Positions 31,871 to 32,000 of a stretch of 32,000 nt of DNA are shown piece after piece. This DNA comes from Okeania sp. (lineage in GTDB: Bacteria; Cyanobacteriota; Cyanobacteriia; Cyanobacteriales; Microcoleaceae), in contig NZ_JAYKGW010000171.1 of assembly GCF_035285525.1 (NCBI RefSeq), positions 1 to 32,000 of the forward strand. The letters run 5' to 3'. The notes below the pieces were generated by a model. It did no database searches. It saw only the letters and a program-made list of their open reading frames with translations, and was not told the origin of the DNA. The translations under genes and the position numbers were made by a program. Each line of letters opens with the position of its first letter. Position 1 is the first letter of the stretch.

Positions 31871-32000
31871 CATTCAGCACTCAGCTATCAGCTATTTTTT
31901 TTAATTTTAGATTTTAGATAAAAGCTTAATTAATCAAGATAAACCTTACTATAGCAATCCTAAATAAATTGCAAGATTTTATCGTAGGGGTTTGGTCTCC

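Overview
This is an AT-rich cyanobacterial chromosome segment, most consistent with a filamentous heterocyst-forming (Nostocales-type) genome. The evidence for that placement: HIP1 octamers GCGATCGC recur throughout (e.g. 2904-2911, 6895-6902, 17343-17350), STRR-like short tandem arrays fill many spacers, and the gene set includes cphB-cphA (cyanophycin), an HLIP gene, coaE, coaX and trmD. I support 17 intact CDSs, one of which (a 48-aa HLIP gene) is absent from the ORF track. I also support 2 decayed gene relics and a dense set of small non-autonomous repeats: MITE-like elements, GC-rich hairpin arrays and tandem duplications. I could not recognise any rRNA, tRNA, CRISPR array, transposase or integrase. 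Housekeeping genes (M16 peptidase, TetR, comF-like, coaE, coaX, hli, cphBA, trmD) alternate with accessory genes that are mostly large and repeat-rich and are bounded by dispersed repeats. The best candidates for uncharacterised biology are listed here. (1) A 1640-aa two-partner-secretion (TpsA-like) exoprotein ends in an apparently catalytically intact CHAT caspase-like protease, with no TpsB or immunity partner in the window. (2) A 793-aa membrane-anchored protein has 7 x 38-aa acidic repeats and three DUF4912-like modules. (3) A leaderless 842-aa protein has a recently duplicated LamG module between two unassignable domains. (4) A TIGR03032-TPR-GT9 fusion is divergently paired with an FkbM methyltransferase, and a lone sulfotransferase sits beside a truncated phosphoribosyltransferase relic. 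All family assignments rest on motif recognition by eye. No database search was possible, so family names are hypotheses to confirm with HMM searches.
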